Source: a bacterium HR19
Lineage (GTDB): Bacteria > Calescibacteriota > Calescibacteriia > Calescibacteriales > Calescibacteriaceae
Reading direction: 5' to 3'
NCBI GenBank assembly: GCA_002898315.1
Contig: BEHV01000002.1
Coordinates: forward strand, 92,145 to 156,144
DNA: 64,000 nucleotides
Part shown: piece after piece, positions 37,334 to 46,208 of the stretch
Layout of the letters: each line of letters opens with the position of its first letter
How positions within the stretch are numbered: the first letter of the stretch is position 1
The notes under the pieces: model-generated
Told to the model about the DNA's origin: nothing
The model's database searches: none
The model's input: the letters and a program-made list of their open reading frames with translations, nothing else
Translations under genes and position numbers: made by a program

Positions 37334-39094
37334 GTGAAAAATTTTTTGAAGATGGGAAAGACAAAATCAGAACTCCTTGAAAATATAAAAGTGCTTTGTA
37401 ATGGACTCTACGAAGATGCAAGGTTAAGAGATATGGTAGAGTTCGTCGTAAAACCCCAGAACCTTATTATGTTTGAAACAAAACTCAAAAATGATGGATT
37501 CAACATGATTCTTGACCTTTTCGGAGTTGATTTCTACAATAATCAAAGATTGAAAGATTACGCGGGAGTAAAAGAAAGGTTTGCGGTGATATACCATTTC
37601 CTCAAAATACCGCAAAACGAAAGAGTAAGAGTTATTGTTCCTGTAAGCGAAGAGAATCCTTCTGTGCCTTCATCTGTCAGATTGTTCAGGGGGGCAGATT
37701 GGTTTGAGAGAGAAGTTTATGACCTCTTCGGAATAAAATTTGAGGGACATCCAGATTTGAGAAGAATAATGCTCCCCGAGGACTTTGAAGGTCATCCTCT
37801 GAGGAAAGATTTTCCTACAAAAGGAGTGAAAGAGTATGTTGGTACAAAATATACTCCTCGCCTTGTCAGGTTGCCAGGTAAAGAAAAACCACAAGATGTC
37901 TTTGAAGAAGGGTCAAGGATGATAATAAATGTTGGACCGACTCACCCTGCTACTCACGGAACTTTCAGAATGATTTTTGAGCTTGAAGGTGAAGACATAG
38001 TTGGTGCGGATCTGGAAATAGGTTATCTTCACAGAGGTGTTGAAAAAAACGGTGAGAACATGAGATGGGAGGATTTCATTCCTATGACCGATAGGTTAAA
38101 CTATCTTTCCGCATACCTTAACAATATGATTTATACAGAAATGCTGGAAAGATTTTTAGGTATATGGGATGATGTCCCGCAGAGAGCCAAATTCATAAGG
38201 GTTATTTTAGCAGAACTTTCAAGAATAGCAGACCACCTTGTTTCAATAGGGACCATGGCAGTGGACCTCGGGGCGCTCACTCCGTTTTGGTATTTTTTCA
38301 AAGTCAGAGAGGAGATAAATTCTGTTTTTGAGTGGGCAGTTGGAGCACGACTCACAACCTCTGGCACATCTGTTGGAGGTGTGAGAAGAGACCTTGACGA
38401 AAAAACAATAGAGAAAATAAAATGGATAATAGATGACCTCCTTCCAAAAGCTCTCAAAGATGTAGATGCTCTCCTTACAAAAAACAGAATATTTATAGAT
38501 AGAACTCGCGGAATAGGAGTGGTATCGGCACAGGAAGCAATAGAATGGGGCTTTACGGGTCCTTCTCTGAGAGGTTCAGGGGTAGCGTGGGATATAAGAA
38601 AAGTCCAGCCATATGGGCTTTACGAACTTTTTGATTTTGAAATACCTGTTGCGACAGAGGGAGATGTTTATTCAAGATACCTTGTCAGAATGGAGGAGAT
38701 GGTTCAAAGCGCTAAAATAATAAGGCAAGCTCTTGAAAATATGCCACAAGATGGAATAAGGATAAAGTCAGATAAGTTCGCTTCACTTCCTTCTTTGCCA
38801 GACAAAAAACTTGTATATACCCAAATAGAAGCTCTGATTCATCATTTCAAAGGAATAGTTGAGGGAGTGGTTCCACCTTTTGGTTGGTTTTATTTTGGAG
38901 GGGAAGCGGCAAACGGTGAGCTTGGATTCTTCGCTATTTCAGATGGTAAAAGAACTCCGTGGAGAATAAGAATAAGACCTCCTTGCTTCGCTATATATCA
39001 GGCGTTCAGATACATGGTTTTGGGACACAAGCTTGCCGATTTTGTCGGAATTTTGGGGAGTATAAACATAGTCGCAGGAGAACTTGATAGATAG
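37334..39094 (+). CDS. nuoCD: Fused NADH-quinone oxidoreductase subunits C/D
   Basis: The NuoC part has FEREVYDLFGIKFEGHPDLRRI. The NuoD part has INVGPTHPATHGTFR ... VAGELDR. The start is either GTG 37334 or ATG 37352. Confidence 0.85.
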   Translation: MKNFLKMGKTKSELLENIKVLCNGLYEDARLRDMVEFVVKPQNLIMFETKLKNDGFNMILDLFGVDFYNNQRLKDYAGVKERFAVIYHFLKIPQNERVRVIVPVSEENPSVPSSVRLFRGADWFEREVYDLFGIKFEGHPDLRRIMLPEDFEGHPLRKDFPTKGVKEYVGTKYTPRLVRLPGKEKPQDVFEEGSRMIINVGPTHPATHGTFRMIFELEGEDIVGADLEIGYLHRGVEKNGENMRWEDFIPMTDRLNYLSAYLNNMIYTEMLERFLGIWDDVPQRAKFIRVILAELSRIADHLVSIGTMAVDLGALTPFWYFFKVREEINSVFEWAVGARLTTSGTSVGGVRRDLDEKTIEKIKWIIDDLLPKALKDVDALLTKNRIFIDRTRGIGVVSAQEAIEWGFTGPSLRGSGVAWDIRKVQPYGLYELFDFEIPVATEGDVYSRYLVRMEEMVQSAKIIRQALENMPQDGIRIKSDKFASLPSLPDKKLVYTQIEALIHHFKGIVEGVVPPFGWFYFGGEAANGELGFFAISDGKRTPWRIRIRPPCFAIYQAFRYMVLGHKLADFVGILGSINIVAGELDR

Positions 39095-39121
39095 AAATTT
39101 TTAAAATAAGGCAAACAAAAA

Positions 39122-40336
39122 GTGTATTCTGAAACCGATATGGGAATAGAAGATAGCACATCAGATAAAAAACCAGAAAAAGAAGTAATAAAGCCGTTCA
39201 GAGGTTTTTTGTATTCCCATCGCCTGAAAGATAAAATAAGCGATCTTATCTGCCCACCTTACGATGTCATAGATGAGAAAATGCAGAGAGAACTTTTTGA
39301 AAAAAGTGAATTCAACTATGTGAGAATAGTTCTTTCACCTTATGGACACAACCACGCAACAGAAAGTTTGAAGAAATTTCTTCAAGAAAAAATAATAGAA
39401 AGAAGCGATGAAGAATCTATTTATGTTCTTGTTCAGAGTTTCTACGATGGAGAAGGAAAAAAGTTTGATTTCGTTGGGATTATTTCTCTTGTTTCATGTG
39501 ATGCGAAAATAGTTGAGCACGAAAGAACGAAGCCAAAGGTAGTTGAGGATAGAATTGAGCTTCTTCAAAAAACCGGCTTCAATACCTGTCCGATATTCCT
39601 TATGACAGAAGGAAAAAATATAAGGAATTGGTATGAATCTTCAAAAAGCAGTTTCAAAAAGATTTTTGATTTTTCTTATGTTTCGTATGAGTATGAGATA
39701 AAGATTTTCGGCTCTTTGTTTTCATCACAAGATTTCTCAATCATCAGCAAGTTGCAAGATAAAGAATTCCTGATAGCAGACGGACATCACAGGTTCAATG
39801 CAATAAAGGAAGTGTACTATCAGAAAAAGAGCGAAAAGTTTTTTATGGCTTTTATTGCTGATGAGAGTTCAGGGTTTTTCATAATGCCATTTTTAAGAGA
39901 GGTAGAAAGCAAGTGGAAGGAGTATCTGAAATCGCTGAACTTTGATTTTATCTTATCAAGGCAGAAAGTCCGCTTGCCTCAGAATATTGATATTTTTGCG
40001 CTTGCGAAGAACTTTGACGCGGACTTTCTTTTTATATTTGATGATGAAGCTGAAAAATTGGTGTTGAGAAAACTTTTTGAAAAAAATCATCTTCAAGTTC
40101 TCCATGACTATATATTGAAAAATATTGAGGTAAATTTTGAAGCTAATATGTTAAAATCTTTAAGAAAGATTCAAGGGGGGGATATAGGATGCGCAATTTT
40201 CCCAAGACCACTATCTATCCAGGAGATTTGGGAGATTGTAAGAAAAAAGAGCATCCTTCCCCCGAAGTCCACTTACTTTTGGCCAAAAATTCCATCAGGT
40301 CTTGTCTTGAACAAAACAAATTTCTCAGAACTTTAA
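39122..40336 (+). CDS. DUF1015-family protein
   Basis: IKPFRGFLY...LICPPYDVI and IADGHHRF motifs typical of DUF1015 (COG4198). Confidence 0.8.
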   Translation: MYSETDMGIEDSTSDKKPEKEVIKPFRGFLYSHRLKDKISDLICPPYDVIDEKMQRELFEKSEFNYVRIVLSPYGHNHATESLKKFLQEKIIERSDEESIYVLVQSFYDGEGKKFDFVGIISLVSCDAKIVEHERTKPKVVEDRIELLQKTGFNTCPIFLMTEGKNIRNWYESSKSSFKKIFDFSYVSYEYEIKIFGSLFSSQDFSIISKLQDKEFLIADGHHRFNAIKEVYYQKKSEKFFMAFIADESSGFFIMPFLREVESKWKEYLKSLNFDFILSRQKVRLPQNIDIFALAKNFDADFLFIFDDEAEKLVLRKLFEKNHLQVLHDYILKNIEVNFEANMLKSLRKIQGGDIGCAIFPRPLSIQEIWEIVRKKSILPPKSTYFWPKIPSGLVLNKTNFSEL

Positions 40337-40458
40337 ACTTTTTTTCAAAGTATTTCGTTTCCGGCAGTGTTGAATTTTTACCTTATTTTGATTCTTTGCT
40401 ACTTCACAAGCTTTCTTCGGAACACTTTTTAATTAGATAAAAGAGGAGGTGAGGTAAT

Positions 40459-41529
40459 ATGCGTGGCGTTATTTTATCAGATAGCGGTACTATATCATAT
40501 AATTCTGGAAAGGTTGGAGTAAGCAAGAAGAAAGGTTTGTACTATCCACTTCGGTTGGTTGAAGTTGAGATAACTTTGAGGTGTCCTTTGAGGTGTATTC
40601 ATTGCAGTGTAGGTGGGGGAGAAAGTAAAGTTGATTTACCACTGGAAAAGTATATTGAACTCGTTGATGATTGCTACGAGCTCGGAGTTGAAGGAATTGA
40701 TATAATAGGGGGAGAGCCACTTGCTTATCCACATATATACGAAGCCATAAGCTACACTGTAAAGAAGATCCCGAAGACATACCTCAGTACTGCTGGATAC
40801 TTCATAAATGAGAAGATGGCAGATAAATTGAAAAGTACGGGACTTGAATATGTATTTGTAAGTTTAGATGGTCCGACAAAAGAGAAGCACGAGAGAATAA
40901 GGGGTCCGGGGACATTTGAGAAAACGCTTTCGGCAATTCGCCTGCTCTCTGAAAAAGGTTTTTATGTTATAGTGTCTTTTGTCGCAACTTCTGAGACATT
41001 TTCTGATATTCCTGAGATGATTGAGCTATGTGAGAAAATATCTGCTAAAAAACTTTTTGTTCTTTCTTTTATTCCAGAGGGTAGGGGGAAGAAGGTAAGC
41101 AGTCTTACTCTGAAAGAGGATATGATAAAGCAGGTGATGAATTTTTATATTCATTATAAGGGCGAAGTTGAGCTTGAATTTGATTGCTCTTTGAAAACTT
41201 ACTTTGGAGACCTTCCATCAGATTGCCATATATGTCCAGCTGGTACGACATTCGCGACCGTAAAGGTTAATGGTGATGTTTTTCCTTGTGGTTTTTTGCG
41301 TGACTACGAAAATCTGAAAGCTGGAAATATATTTGAGAGACGTTTCATAGAAATATGGGGTGATGATGGGAATTTCTCTTATTTCAGAAAACCAATATCT
41401 GGTTGTGAAAGTTGTTCTATATACAAGGAGTGCAGAGGAGGATGCCAAGCGTTGAAAATAGGTAAGGTTTGTGATGGGAAACCATATATGAGGAAGCAGT
41501 TTTTTGCAGAGCTTGGTTTTGTAAAATAA
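40459..41529 (+). CDS. Radical SAM enzyme with C-terminal SPASM domain
   Basis: CPLRCIHC (CX3CX2C). SPASM cysteines CPAG...GDVFPCGF...GCESCSIYKECRGGCQA. Very strong SD (AGGAGGTGAGG). Confidence 0.85.
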   Translation: MRGVILSDSGTISYNSGKVGVSKKKGLYYPLRLVEVEITLRCPLRCIHCSVGGGESKVDLPLEKYIELVDDCYELGVEGIDIIGGEPLAYPHIYEAISYTVKKIPKTYLSTAGYFINEKMADKLKSTGLEYVFVSLDGPTKEKHERIRGPGTFEKTLSAIRLLSEKGFYVIVSFVATSETFSDIPEMIELCEKISAKKLFVLSFIPEGRGKKVSSLTLKEDMIKQVMNFYIHYKGEVELEFDCSLKTYFGDLPSDCHICPAGTTFATVKVNGDVFPCGFLRDYENLKAGNIFERRFIEIWGDDGNFSYFRKPISGCESCSIYKECRGGCQALKIGKVCDGKPYMRKQFFAELGFVK

Positions 41530-41591
41530 CTCAATTTTCTCTTGAAACTTTTCTTAAAATTTCTTATGCTTTCAGTTAGAAAATAGCTTCT

Positions 41592-41825
41592 TTATTTCGC
41601 CTTCTTCACTTTTCTTCTTGATATAGGTTTTAGCTTTATTTCTCTTACAAGGTGGTTAGGTTTTCTTCCTCTGTTTTCCGGTGGAGGTGGTGGGTTGAGT
41701 TTATTTATTTCTGTGAGATTATCTGTTATTCTACCACAGATGATGCATTTTTTCATCTGCAGTACTCCTTCGTGAGTTGATACCACTTCAAGAAACATTA
41801 TTCCGCCACACTTCGTGCATCTCAT
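41592..41825 (-). CDS. Zinc-ribbon mini-protein with proline/basic tail (77 aa)
   Basis: MRCTKCGG...CIICG (CxxC x2), then PPPPPENRGRKP...RRKVKKAK. AGGAGG lies about 8 nt upstream of this ATG. The longer 176-aa ORF version overlaps ispE and looks spurious. Confidence 0.5.
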   Translation of the reverse strand: MRCTKCGGIMFLEVVSTHEGVLQMKKCIICGRITDNLTEINKLNPPPPPENRGRKPNHLVREIKLKPISRRKVKKAK

Positions 41826-41828
41826 AAG

Positions 41829-41858
41829 CTCTTCCCTCCTTTTTTCGGAGGGAAAGAG
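41829..41858 (-). promoter_or_regulatory. SD-sequestering hairpin in the 5' leader of the zinc-ribbon gene
   Basis: The minus-strand RNA is CUCUUUCCCUCC-GAAAAAA-GGAGGGAAGAG-CUU-AUG: 11 bp plus one bulge, with the 3' arm containing the SD. Confidence 0.4.
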
Positions 41859-42044
41859 CCATTTCGCCTCTGCCCCTTTCTGCTTACCTTTTCTAAATAA
41901 ATCGGAAAGATGAACAAAAACATTAGAAAATCTTCCAAGTTCATTCTCTCTTCGCTCTCGTTGAATTTTCTCTTTTATTTTTCTGAAATGAATATAGTTT
42001 CTTCTGAAAATCATTCTTTTGATGAGTGTGAGGTTATTGATGTT

Positions 42045-42878
42045 ATGGAGTGGAGTGTAAAGTGTCCCGCAAAAATCAACCTCTTTTTGTTTGTTGATGG
42101 TAAAAGAGAAGATGGATACCACGAAATTTTATCTCTTGTTGATACAATATCTCTCTGTGATGAGATAGTTATATCTGAAAGTCAAGAGAATGAAGTTTAT
42201 TTTGATTCTCTGTGGGATATACCAGAAGGGAACACTGTGGAAAAGACGATAAAGCTTCTTTCAGTAGAAATAGGGAGATCTTTTAAGGTTGTGGTGAAAA
42301 AAAGGATTCCGCCGGGTTCTGGACTTGGAGGTGCTTCGTCTGATGCTGGCTCAATAATAAGAGAATTCATGAGAAAAAATCTCATAGATTTTTCTACTGC
42401 CTTTTCTATTGCAGAAAAAATCGGAGGAGATGTCCCTCTTTTTCTTTTTAATCCTCCTACTTTGATATACGGAAAGGGGGAAAGAGTAAAGGAAGTCAAG
42501 TTGGTTGGGAGAGAAAAGGTGATTTTTGTTGTTGTCTGGCCAAATATAATTTCCAGCACTCCTTTGGTTTATAGTGAATTTGATAGAATCTACGGCGGAG
42601 ATATAAAAAAAATTGATTTTTCAATACTTTCACAGAAGGAGTTTTCGTTTGATAGGTATATTGGTGTAAATGATCTTGAGACAGCTTTTCTCTCTCTTTA
42701 TAAAGCTCATGCTATTAAAGATGTTCTCACAAGTTTTGGGAGATTTTATCTTACTGGTTCGGGTTCTGCTTATTTTTCTATTTTTTTTGATGAGATAGAG
42801 GCGGATTTTGTTTTCAGGTCTCTCAAAAAAAATTTTCAGTTTGTTTTCATGGCAAAACCTTTTGAATTTTCAGAGTGA
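42045..42878 (+). CDS. ispE: 4-diphosphocytidyl-2-C-methyl-D-erythritol kinase
   Basis: KCPAKINLFL and the GHMP motif PPGSGLGGASSDAG. The ORF opens at 41910; I prefer the ATG at 42045. Confidence 0.85.
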   Translation: MEWSVKCPAKINLFLFVDGKREDGYHEILSLVDTISLCDEIVISESQENEVYFDSLWDIPEGNTVEKTIKLLSVEIGRSFKVVVKKRIPPGSGLGGASSDAGSIIREFMRKNLIDFSTAFSIAEKIGGDVPLFLFNPPTLIYGKGERVKEVKLVGREKVIFVVVWPNIISSTPLVYSEFDRIYGGDIKKIDFSILSQKEFSFDRYIGVNDLETAFLSLYKAHAIKDVLTSFGRFYLTGSGSAYFSIFFDEIEADFVFRSLKKNFQFVFMAKPFEFSE

Positions 42879-44054
42879 TTTTTTGAATTTTTTCAGAACA
42901 TTTATGAATATTGAAATTTCTCTCTCTGAGATTATAAACGGGGGCAGAATTCTTATTCTGATTTCTTCTGTTGGAGTTTTTATCGTGTTGATTATTACGC
43001 CTTCGTTGAGGAAAAACTCGTTTATTTCTCTGGGTTCTTTTGAGATTTTGCCTATGATTATTCCGAGCATAAGTCCCTTTCCGGAGACCTCAAATCCGAT
43101 ATTTTCTATTTCTTTTTTAAGGGTTTCTCCTTTTTTGAGAACGCTTTTGAGCATTTTTTTTATTTTTCTTATTGTTATTTTTCCTGCTGAGCATGAGAGA
43201 GGATTTCCGCCAAATGTAGATGCGTGCATTCCGGGTTTTATAAGTTCTGCTATTTTATCTGATACCGCTGTCACTCCGAGCGGTAGTCCGCCTCCTATCG
43301 CTTTAGATGACACGAGTATATCTGGTTCTATATTTTCCCACTCAAAGCACCAGAATTTTCCGGTTTTTCCGGCTCCTGTTTGTATCTCGTCTAAAATAAG
43401 CAGGGTTCCGGTCTCTTCGCAGGCGGATTTTAAGTTTTTCAGAAATCCTTGTGGTGGAGTTATTACTCCTGCCTCTCCCTGAATTGGCTCAACGATTACT
43501 CCTGCGAATTCAAGTTTTTTCAGTTCATTATAAACTGCATCAATATCTCCGTAAGGGACGAATTTGACTCCGGGCATGAGGGGTTCAAATGGTTTTCTGA
43601 AATCTTCTTTCCATGTTAAAGAGAGGGCACCATGAGTTCTTCCGTGAAAGCTTCCGAAAAAAGCTAAAAATTTTCTCCTTTTCTCATCAAAGGGGAGTTT
43701 TGCTATTTTTATTGCGGTTTCTACTGCTTCTGCTCCTGAGTTTGATAAGAATATTCTGTATTTTCCTTTGAGGGTTGAGATGAACTCTTTTGCGAATTCA
43801 ATCTGGCTTTTCTGCCAGAAGAGATTAGAAAGATGCATGTGAAGTTTCAGCTGTTTTAATACCTCTTTTTTCACATCTTTGTCTGAGTGTCCCAAAGACA
43901 TCACACCTATTCCGCTTATCATATCAAGGTATTTTCTGTTTTTTGAGTATATAAATGCTCCTTCGGCTTTTTTGACTAAAAATGGATATCTCTGATATGT
44001 GTTGAGGAATAATTTTTCTATTTCTTGGGTCGTCATTTTTTCTGTTTTTCTCAT
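42870..44054 (-). CDS. argD: Acetylornithine aminotransferase (class III)
   Basis: SNSGAEAVE, DEIQTGAGKTG and SSKAIGGGLP. The start overlaps the serS stop. Confidence 0.8.
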   Translation of the reverse strand: MRKTEKMTTQEIEKLFLNTYQRYPFLVKKAEGAFIYSKNRKYLDMISGIGVMSLGHSDKDVKKEVLKQLKLHMHLSNLFWQKSQIEFAKEFISTLKGKYRIFLSNSGAEAVETAIKIAKLPFDEKRRKFLAFFGSFHGRTHGALSLTWKEDFRKPFEPLMPGVKFVPYGDIDAVYNELKKLEFAGVIVEPIQGEAGVITPPQGFLKNLKSACEETGTLLILDEIQTGAGKTGKFWCFEWENIEPDILVSSKAIGGGLPLGVTAVSDKIAELIKPGMHASTFGGNPLSCSAGKITIRKIKKMLKSVLKKGETLKKEIENIGFEVSGKGLMLGIIIGKISKEPREINEFFLNEGVIINTIKTPTEEIRIRILPPFIISEREISIFINVLKKFKKSL

Positions 44055-45301
44055 TTTCCTATGAAAGATTTTTTCATATAATCTGTGAGGGCAGGTGGAA
44101 CTTTTACAGTTCCATCTTTTTGGAGGTAGTTTTCAAGTATTGCGGCAAGGCATCTTCCTATTGCTACTCCCGAGCCGTTTAGTGTATGGACATATTCTAC
44201 TTTTCCGTTTTTTCTCCTCAATCTTATCATAGCTCTTCTTGCCTGAAAATCTTCACAGTTTGAGCAAGATGATATTTCAACAAATTTCCCAAGTCCTGGC
44301 ATCCAAACTTCAATATCGTATGTTTTTGAAGCTGAAAATCCCATATCATTTGCGGGTAGAAGAACGACTCTGTAAGGCAGGTTCAGGAGCTCAAGGATTC
44401 TGCAAGCGTCTTTGACGAGATTTTCAAGTTCATCATAAGATTGCTCTGGTTTTGATATTTTTACAAGTTCAACCTTGTTGAACTGGTGCTGTCTTATTAT
44501 TCCTCTTGTTTCTCTTCCCCACGAACCTGCTTCTCTTCGGAAGCAAGCGGAGTAGGCGACGCAGTTTATCGTCAGTTCATCTTCCGGTATTATTTCTTCT
44601 CTGAAAAGATTTACAAGCGTTACCTCTGCTGTTGGAATGAGCCACAGGTTATCTTTTTCTATCTGATACATATCGTAGGCGAATTTCGGGAGGTGTCCCG
44701 TTCCTTCCATTATTTCTTCTCTTACGAGGTAAGGAGTAAATATTTCTCTGTATCCGTTTTTTGTATGGGTATCTAACATGAAGTTTATGAGAGCTCTTTC
44801 AAGCAGGGCACCATCTCCCTGCATTACGGTAAATCCTGAACCAGATAGTTTTGCTCCTTTTTCTTCGCTCATTATTTTTAGCTTTTCTCCTATCTCCCAG
44901 TGCGGTATGTGAAATTCTTCTTTTTTGGGTTCTCCCCATGTTTTGATTATTTTGGGTTCTTTTTCTGGTATGCTTTCATGGACTATGTTCGGGTAGTTCA
45001 GAATGAGGTTTTGCCATTCAGCATCTACCGATTTTCTTTCTTCTTCGCATTTTTTTATCTCTTCTCTTATTTCTTTTGCTTTTCTTTTTAGTTCTTCCGC
45101 ATTTTGATTTTTTCTTGTGAGCTCTGCGATCTTATCTGTTATGCTGTTCAACTCGTGCCTGAGGGAATCAATCTTCATCTGAATTTCTCTTCTTTTCATA
45201 TCTTTTTCAATTAGCAGTTCAACATCAAAGTTTGACTCTCTTTTTCGTATGTTCTCTCTGAGCAGGTCGGGATTCTTTTTTATCAGGTCAGGGTTTATCA
45301 T
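44051..45301 (-). CDS. serS: Seryl-tRNA synthetase
   Basis: N-terminal coiled coil with class II motifs (FRREAGS, GSGVAIGR). Confidence 0.95.
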   Translation of the reverse strand: MINPDLIKKNPDLLRENIRKRESNFDVELLIEKDMKRREIQMKIDSLRHELNSITDKIAELTRKNQNAEELKRKAKEIREEIKKCEEERKSVDAEWQNLILNYPNIVHESIPEKEPKIIKTWGEPKKEEFHIPHWEIGEKLKIMSEEKGAKLSGSGFTVMQGDGALLERALINFMLDTHTKNGYREIFTPYLVREEIMEGTGHLPKFAYDMYQIEKDNLWLIPTAEVTLVNLFREEIIPEDELTINCVAYSACFRREAGSWGRETRGIIRQHQFNKVELVKISKPEQSYDELENLVKDACRILELLNLPYRVVLLPANDMGFSASKTYDIEVWMPGLGKFVEISSCSNCEDFQARRAMIRLRRKNGKVEYVHTLNGSGVAIGRCLAAILENYLQKDGTVKVPPALTDYMKKSFIGK

Positions 45302-45374
45302 AGAATTTTATATTTTTGATTTGCTCTTCGGTTTCCCATAATTCAGTTTTTTATCTTGTAGGTTTTGGAATCTT

Positions 45375-46142
45375 TTATATTTTTGAGATGATTTCTTGAA
45401 TCATTTTTTTTATGCTCTCTGATGCTTTGGATTTGGGAAAAGAGTTTATGAGCAATTTTTGCATTCTGAACGACTCTCTCACACTTTCATCAAAAGGTAT
45501 GGAGCCGAGAAGTTCGGGAGTTATTCCAAGGTACTTTTGGCAGACATTTCTGAATGTGAAAAAAGCGATATCTTTTTCTCGTGGATTTGACACCATGTTG
45601 ACTACAACAAAAATTTTTCCTTGAAATCCAGATTTTGATATTACTTTTGAGAGGGCATAAGAATCTGTTATAGAGACAGGGTCAGGGTTTATCACAACAA
45701 TTACAGCTTGCGAGATAAGTGAGAAATTTATGACATTTTTCCCTATTCCAGCGGGCAGATCAAGAATGATGATATTTCCGTCCCACTCATTAAAGATGTT
45801 TTTTATTTTTTTCATTTGATTTTCAGTAAGCTGGTTCAGTTTTACTATTCCGCTTGAACCAGCTATAAAATCAAGCTTATCGTTTATCTTCTCAATAAGT
45901 TCGTTCAGAGAGATATTTCCTTCTAAGTAGTGTCCTATATGTTTTTTGGGGGTTATTCCGAGAATTAGGTCTGCGTTTGCAAGGGTTAAATCGGCATCTA
46001 CGAGTAATGTTTTCCTTCCGGTCTGGCTGATTCCGTAAGCCAAATTTACCGCTATTGTAGTTTTGCCCACTCCACCTTTACCAGAGGCGACCGATATAAT
46101 CTTTTTTGATATTCTCCTCAACTTTTCTGCCTGGTCTTTCAC
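45375..46142 (-). CDS. MinD/ParA-family P-loop ATPase (FlhG/YlxH-like)
   Basis: Deviant Walker A SGKGGVGKTT and LLVDADL. Confidence 0.8.
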   Translation of the reverse strand: MKDQAEKLRRISKKIISVASGKGGVGKTTIAVNLAYGISQTGRKTLLVDADLTLANADLILGITPKKHIGHYLEGNISLNELIEKINDKLDFIAGSSGIVKLNQLTENQMKKIKNIFNEWDGNIIILDLPAGIGKNVINFSLISQAVIVVINPDPVSITDSYALSKVISKSGFQGKIFVVVNMVSNPREKDIAFFTFRNVCQKYLGITPELLGSIPFDESVRESFRMQKLLINSFPKSKASESIKKMIQEIISKI

Positions 46143-46208
46143 TTCTGAATTTTACTTTTCTAATTATGTGAATTTTTTATATTTTTTTGAAAAAATTAAG
46201 TTTGAGTT

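Noticed and set aside
41826-42122. An N-terminal 99-codon extension of the zinc-ribbon ORF (the 176-aa version).
   Set aside because: It has low-complexity, basic sequence, overlaps the ispE start region in antisense, and contains the strong internal AGGAGG-N8-ATG. The short 77-aa form is more plausible.
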